Of a DNA stretch of 64,000 bases, positions 57,581 through 64,000 are shown one piece after another. Position numbers and translations under genes: made by a program. Every line of letters begins with the position of its first letter. Within the stretch, counting starts at the first letter, position 1. This DNA is from the human T2T-CHM13v2.0 reference genome, Homo sapiens. Location of the stretch: NCBI RefSeq assembly GCF_009914755.1, contig NC_060931.1. One strand, given 5' to 3'. The notes below the pieces were generated by a model that was given only the letters and a program-made list of their open reading frames with translations, was not told the DNA's origin and made no database searches.

Positions 57581-58334
57581 ATAAAAGCTTTTCCTAAGAA
57601 TGTTACAGGAAAACATTTTGAATTGTGCCCTTATATCTCTTGTATGGGCTATATGGGGGCAGTAGTGGCTCAGAACTCAGTGAAATTCTTGCATGTTGTA
57701 GTGAGGGCCACTTCTCTGTGGTGTTTATTTCTTTAAGGGTCAAACATCATTTATTGTTCATATATTCTAATAAGTATTTTTATCAATTAAAACCACTGCT
57801 GCTTGGTGTCAACTACATAGAAATAATAACTTGTTCCTTTAATTAGTATCTCATTATAGGGTCTTTCTGTTCCATTACTTCAGTGACAGGATGATTTGAG
57901 CTAGCAAGAACAGTTTATTTGAGGACCATATCTTCCTTACCAACCAATTGCCAGCTATGTGCTATAGAATGGGTACACAGGCAACAGTTATTTCTATGTA
58001 TTTGTTTCACATTCTATGAATTCATTCCATACAAAGCAGCATGGTTAACGTTAAATCCAGTAGAAAGATAAGCTAATAAACATGCCAACATGTTAATCAG
58101 TAAGATTCTTGGATGAGTTAGTCCCTGAGCTGGATTTGAATGAAAGAGCAAGAGAGAGAGGGAAGGTATTCCAGACAAGCAGGCTCCTGTGGACAAAGGA
58201 AGAAGGCAGGGTGGTGACTCTCTGGGAAGAGAGCAGTGGATAGGAGGATTGAAGAGAAGACCATGGGATTAATTCACCAATAACTTAGGTTGGAATCTGA
58301 ATTAGTGGAGAAGGAGAAGCCTAATGAAAGATAG

Positions 58335-58688
<354 letters not shown>

Positions 58689-59729
58689 CTATATATTTAT
58701 CTTATTTAATCTTCACAAGAATCTAGCAAAGTAAGTATGATCATTATCATTTTCTTTCTATGGGTAAGGATCAAAGAAGTTAAGTAAATTGTCCATGATC
58801 ACACAACTAGTGATGGGCAGAAGAATTTTAATCCAAGTCTGTTTACTCCAGATCTTGATCTTTTCCCATGGCCTGGTATTATCTCTTGTTGGAGGAGAGA
58901 ATGCTCTAATAAGAATCTTAGCATTCAGAATTGACCACAATCTGTAGAAGGAGGACCTGAGAAAGGGTACTGCAGTCATCTAAAAGCAAGGTGGGTGGGG
59001 GGTGGTGGCAGACAAAGTGTATATGAAACACTTGATTATGGAGATGTAGGTGGGATAATGTATAGTTACAATCAATTAACTATGGGAGACAAAGAATTCT
59101 ACAGTAAACCCAGCATCTGTGCTAGGTTACTTGGTGAAATGGCTCTGCTTCCAACCAAAATACAGAAGATAAAACATCAGAACTTGATGGTCCTTGGACC
59201 AAGGATAGTAATTCAGCCAAGAAACATTGGAAAGGTATTTTTATATGTAGATGTGTGGGTAATATTCTACAGGCCTCTCATTTCAGAACAGACATATTTC
59301 AAATTTTCATAAGGTGTACTTAGGATTCAACTCACTTGGAATTTGTTCTAATTTTGAAAAGGGTTGAGTTAAATTTTCCTTTTTCTTTTATGTATTAATG
59401 ACATAAGGAATATATTTTAAAATCCATATCATACTCTAAAGTTTAGCATCTAAACAAAGCCAGTATTGCTTAAGGTCAATAGATAAAAAAAAAAAAAACT
59501 AGACAATGACTATCCATATACAAATATAATTTATAATAGCACTTCACGAAATAGCCAGTTTTTCTGGTCAACTTTAAATACATATTCAGTATGTATTCTA
59601 AAGTCTCATCTTCTTTTGATTGCATATGTTATAATTGAGGTTTGTTTATAGGTCTCAATAGGGGATTTCAGAGCAGAGAACTTCATTTGGGATTTAAGAG
59701 GTGCATGGTAAATGTTTGTTGAATGGCAG

Positions 59730-61529
59730 TGATGGCAGTGGTGGGCCATCTGGAGCAGCCACTGCCATCATGCCAGCTGCAGCAGGGAGGCACACCAGGG
59801 GCTGTATGCTGCATGGAGCCAGCAGGAGCTGGGGACAAGAGGGGACCCCACCCCTTCCAAGATGGGGCAGTAGCTTCCTGGGTGCCACTGCAGCTGCCCA
59901 ACCCATGGCTGCAAATCCAGGCATCCCTGAGCCTCAGGGCCCAGAAGCAGGTGAGAGCCCTGCCCTCCTGGGCACAACTGCAGCTGCCCAAACTGTGACT
60001 GCAGAGCCAGGCCTCCCACTGTATGGAGCAGGCACCCTCCCCTGAGCACAGCTGCAGCCACCCAAACCACAACTGTGGACCCAGGCATCTCTGCACTCTG
60101 GGGGACCCAGGAGGGCCCCCCTGCCCTTCTAGGCTTGCAAATGCCTGCTCCCACTGCCTGGCTTCTCCCTGCTGTCAATGCCTGCTCTGATCTTGGAGCA
60201 AAGTCAGGGCAGAGCCTGGGTACTGTTGCAGCCTGGCCAGGTGTGCACATGCTTGGAGCAGTGCTGACCCGCCAGCCCCTTGCAGCCTCAGGCCCCTCCA
60301 GACTTTGGGTGCTGACAAGCGTAGGAGGGAAGCTGAGGTGGGGCTGAGGGCAGCTTGGTGCTGGCCTGCAGGTGAACCTTGGCACCTACAGTTTGGGCAC
60401 CATGAATGGCAGCAGGAGGCAGACACGTTCCTAGGCAGAAGGGGGCCAGTCCCTGGTGAGGCACCACCTTCAGGCCAGGGAAGGCCTGAAGGCTGGGGGC
60501 CAGGCTACCAGACCTGCGGACCTGAATGGGAACTTGTGGTGCCTTTTCTGGTCCTATCCATGGCCACCCATGGACCAATCAGTGTGCACTTTCTCCCCTC
60601 TAGGGCCCATAAAAGCCCTGGGCTCAGCCAGAGCTGAGCTGGTATCAGGATGACCAGCTGCAGGGAGGATCAATCAACTCTAAGGCCTCCTCTCTGCTGG
60701 GAATGCAGAGATGACGGGGTGACCTGCCTGCAGAGAGGAGCCACCCACTCAAGGGCCTCCTCTCTGCTGATAGCTGAACACTTGTTAGGACAACGTATCT
60801 TGCAGAGAGGAGCTACCCTCATCAGGACATCCTGGCTGCAGAAAGGAGCTACCCCCCTGTGGGTTTCCTCTGAACTGTTCTATTGCTCAATAAAGCTCCT
60901 CTTCATCTTGCTCACCCTCCACTTGTCTGCATACCTCATTCTTCCTGGTTGTAGGACAAGAACTCGGGACCCACTGAATGGTGAGGCTAAAAGAGCTGTA
61001 ACGCAAACATGGCTGAGACATCCCCCTTGCTCTCCATGTTGCGGACGAAGAGAAGGAAAGAAGAGTTGTGACCCTTTGGGGATCCCAGACCTGGGAGTTC
61101 CCCAAGCCAGGCTATGACTCCTCCCTCTTTGGGGCCCTGCAGTTCCTGGCATCTCCAATCTTCCAGGAGCCACTGTGTTCCCTGGTGCCAGCTGTGGAAG
61201 CTGCTTGCAGTGCAAGTGGTTCAGTCACAGCCTTGCAGAGAGCCCGCACCTGTGCTGGCTCCTGGAGCAGCCTGCCCTGCTCCAGCAGGTGGCATGTCTG
61301 ACTGCACAGTGGCCAGACTCCATGCTCCCTCACACACTCCTCACAGTTCCAGGCCTGACTCACCCTTGGCAGGTGTGGGACCCAGGCCGGTAGCATGAGC
61401 CCAGCGCAGCCTGCCAGGCCAAGTGGGCAAAACACAAGCCCCACAGGCCCAAGCAAAACTTGGGCAAAGGCATCTCCAGCCACAGAGGTTTCTGGCCAGA
61501 AAAATTGACACCCCAAAGATCCCATAACA
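59730..61529 (+). mobile_element. MER52A-like ERV1 solo LTR (1.8 kb)
   Basis: TGATGGCAG...CCCATAACA termini with 4-bp GCAG/GTAG flanks. CCAAT about 60575, CATAAAA about 60608, AATAAA 60889-60894. Explains the cluster of spurious GC-rich ORFs. Confidence 0.88.
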
Positions 61530-61790
61530 GTAGCTTGTTTCTTAAATGCAAATTTGACATTTTATATTAGTCTTTTGGAAAGGAAAGAGCTCCTGGCTTC
61601 TCTGCTTTTTTGCTGCTTATTTACTGCATAACTTCAGCAAGTTATGCTTATTGGCTGCATAACTTCAAGAAAGTTCTTTAACATCCTGAGGGTTGTCAGT
61701 GATGCTTACCGAACAGCATTGCTGTGAAGATCAAACATAGCAGTAAATGCAAAATCACCATATAAATATTTTTATTGAGAAAATTAAGTA

Positions 61791-62087
61791 GGCTAAACAT
61801 GGTGGCTCACACCTGTAATCCCAGCACTTTGTGAAGCTGAGGCAGATGGCTCACTTGAGCTCAGGAGTTTGAGACCAGCCTGGTCAACATGGGGAAACCT
61901 AATTTCAACAAAAAAATTTAAAAAATTAGCCAGGCATGGTGGCGTGTGCCTGTAGACCCAGCTACTGGGGGGCTGAAGTGGGAGGATCACTTGAGTCTGG
62001 GAGGTCAAGGCTGAAGTGAGCTGTTTGCACCACTGCACTCCAGCCTGGGTGACAGAGCAAGACCCTGTCTCAGGAAAAAAAAAAAAA

Positions 62088-62090
<3 letters not shown>
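61791..62090 (+). mobile_element. AluJ(b-like)
   Basis: gggaggatcacttgagtctgggaggtcaaggctg. Confidence 0.92.
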
Positions 62091-62164
<74 letters not shown>

Positions 62165-62166
62165 AA
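62091..62166 (+). repeat. (GAAA)19 tetranucleotide STR grown from the Alu tail
   Basis: Direct reading. Confidence 0.95.
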
Positions 62167-62967
62167 CAGAAAAAAAGAAATAAGCAAACAAACAAAATTA
62201 AGTTACAACTGTGAATTATTTTAGCTAGAATGCTGTTGAGCACCTTTGCCACAGCAGTAAGGCAAACCATCATCCCTTAATATGAGTATTTGATGCAAGT
62301 GAATGACCTTTAGTTTTCTGCAGCACATCCACTCTGTACAACTCAAATCAGTGATCGTATGACAACTCCCAAATGTCTTAAGTAAGTTTTGGACTAAAAA
62401 CAAATATTGACGTTAAGTGTGTAAGATGTCGGAGAGGAATCCATTGGGGAAAAAGCTGGAGAGCACACACAGAAAAGAATGATGAGGGTAGCTAACGGCT
62501 ACAGTTAGCTTGGAATTTTGATGGTAGGAGGGAATAAAAAATTCCAGTCTCAGCTTGGAATTTTGATGGTAGGAGGGAATAAAAAGAATCAGAAAGGCCA
62601 TAAGTTTGGAACATCCATCAATAGTTTCTACAATGGTTCTAAAAATGTGATTCCCTTAGACACAGATGCTTTTTCAAACCTACACTCCTCTCAGGTGCAA
62701 TGCAAAAAAAGTATTTTTAGGTATTGTCTATAAAAGCTACTATGGTGCTGGAGAACAAAAAGTAAATACAGAATTAGCTCCAAGGTCAATGTTGTTTTCA
62801 TATAGCTCTAGGCCATACTACAAAATCTCTACCCATGACCTTGCCCTGAATCCTGACCAATGGACACAGCAGAAAAGAAAAAAAAGATAGGAGGATGAAT
62901 CAGAACCTTTGGTTGCCATCGTCCTGAAATTGCTAGCCATTCACAAATAAAGTGGGCAACAAATTAG

Positions 62968-63065
62968 GCCCAGCTACTCAGGAGGCTGAAGTGGGAGGAT
63001 CCCTTGAGCCCAGGAGTTCAAAGCCAGCGTGGGAAACTTAGTGAGACTCTTTTAAGAAAAAAAAA
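62968..63065 (+). mobile_element. FLAM/Alu monomer fragment
   Basis: cccagctactcaggaggctgaagtgggaggatcccttgagcccaggagttca. Confidence 0.8.
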
Positions 63066-63254
63066 ATTTTTTTTTCAAAAAAAAATCAAGTTTAAAATGC
63101 AAATGGAATCTAGAGATTTTATTGAATATTAGAACGGCTCGCTGAAGTATTATTGGGCTTTAAAGGCTTCACTGAAGGGCTCCCTCTCTTTTCGTCCTCC
63201 ACTCCCAGGATGGTTATTCTACCTGTCAATTCTTTCGGAAAGGAAATAGAATAG

Positions 63255-63460
63255 AGTAGCTGTTAAGAGCTCAAGTCCTGGAATCATACAATCATAGGAT
63301 TGAATCCAAGTGCAACTGCCTACTAGCTGGGTGGTCCTCAGGACATTATTCAACCTCTGTGTCTCAGTTTCCTCATCCTAAAAAAGACACAATATTACCT
63401 GCCTCATAGAATTATTGAGAGTGTTGCTGAGCTCAGTGCTTGACAAAGATTCAGTAAATG
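63255..63460. mobile_element. MIR
   Basis: ttgaatcc...tactagctg...aacctctgtgtctcagtttcctcatc...tacctgcctcatag. Confidence 0.8.
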
Positions 63461-64000
63461 TGACCCATTCACATTCAACACATTCCTTGTTAACAGAGTA
63501 GGAAATTAAGGGGCTGCTAGCTTAGGGAAAAAAATGTCTTGAAATGGTACACCAGCATCTTGGGCACAAAGGAAAGATGTACTGTGGACTCCTAGTAAGA
63601 GTGAATACTGGATGGCTTATTGGAAGTGAATATAGAAAGTGACAGCCCCACCATTACCAAGGAAGGGCAGAAAGGATGCAGTCTGCCCATAGCCGTCCTT
63701 GTTTGAATGGATATTTGTGTGAGCAACAGATTAAGGTTTAACGTTTTTGCTTTTAACTTTTAAAGCTCTTGAAGACCCGCTTCCAAGTGAGCTTTAGGAA
63801 CTCTGAGCCAGCGCTTGCCTTCAGGGGCTTTGAGGAAATGGAGCTTTGGACTTTGGGGCTTAGTAGAACATTAAAAGGATTGTACATCTCTTTCCTTACG
63901 TAGCTCCCAAGCAGGGAAGATCATTGCTCATTTTAAAAAGCTTTCGTTTTTCAGGGGCCCTTGGCACCTCAGATTCATTTTATATCTGAGTTTATAGCTG

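Noticed and set aside
59683-61560. Cluster of ORFs up to 205 aa
   Set aside because: All lie within the GC-rich MER52 LTR; no gag/pol/env similarity.

Overview
Primate DNA, almost certainly the human RELN (reelin) locus. A CpG island at about 26.6-28.3 kb holds RELN exon 1 on the minus strand. The coding part is 27375->27150 (226 nt, [18 protein letters not shown]...GQEYH), followed by a GT donor, and a (GGC)10 repeat lies immediately 5' of the ATG. Positions 1-27149 are the 5' part of intron 1, and positions above about 27.7 kb are promoter and upstream intergenic DNA. There is no other real protein-coding sequence: the remaining ORFs are artefacts of Alu, LTR, microsatellite or GC-rich sequence. 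The window is rich in repeats: about 20 Alu/FLAM elements, L1/L2/MIR remnants, MaLR and MER52 solo LTRs, and Tigger/hAT DNA transposons. Family names come from recalled consensus sequences, not from a search. The most notable observations are (i) the only upstream AUG in the 5'UTR opens an overlapping uORF that reads the GGC repeat as poly-Ala, while an in-frame CUG could read it as poly-Gly; (ii) a perfect non-Alu DR5 retinoic-acid element in a motif cluster about 21 kb upstream; (iii) a perfect PBX-MEIS/PREP decamer in intron 1; (iv) several template-switch-type hairpins and duplications; (v) a twin-primed mini L1PA insertion.
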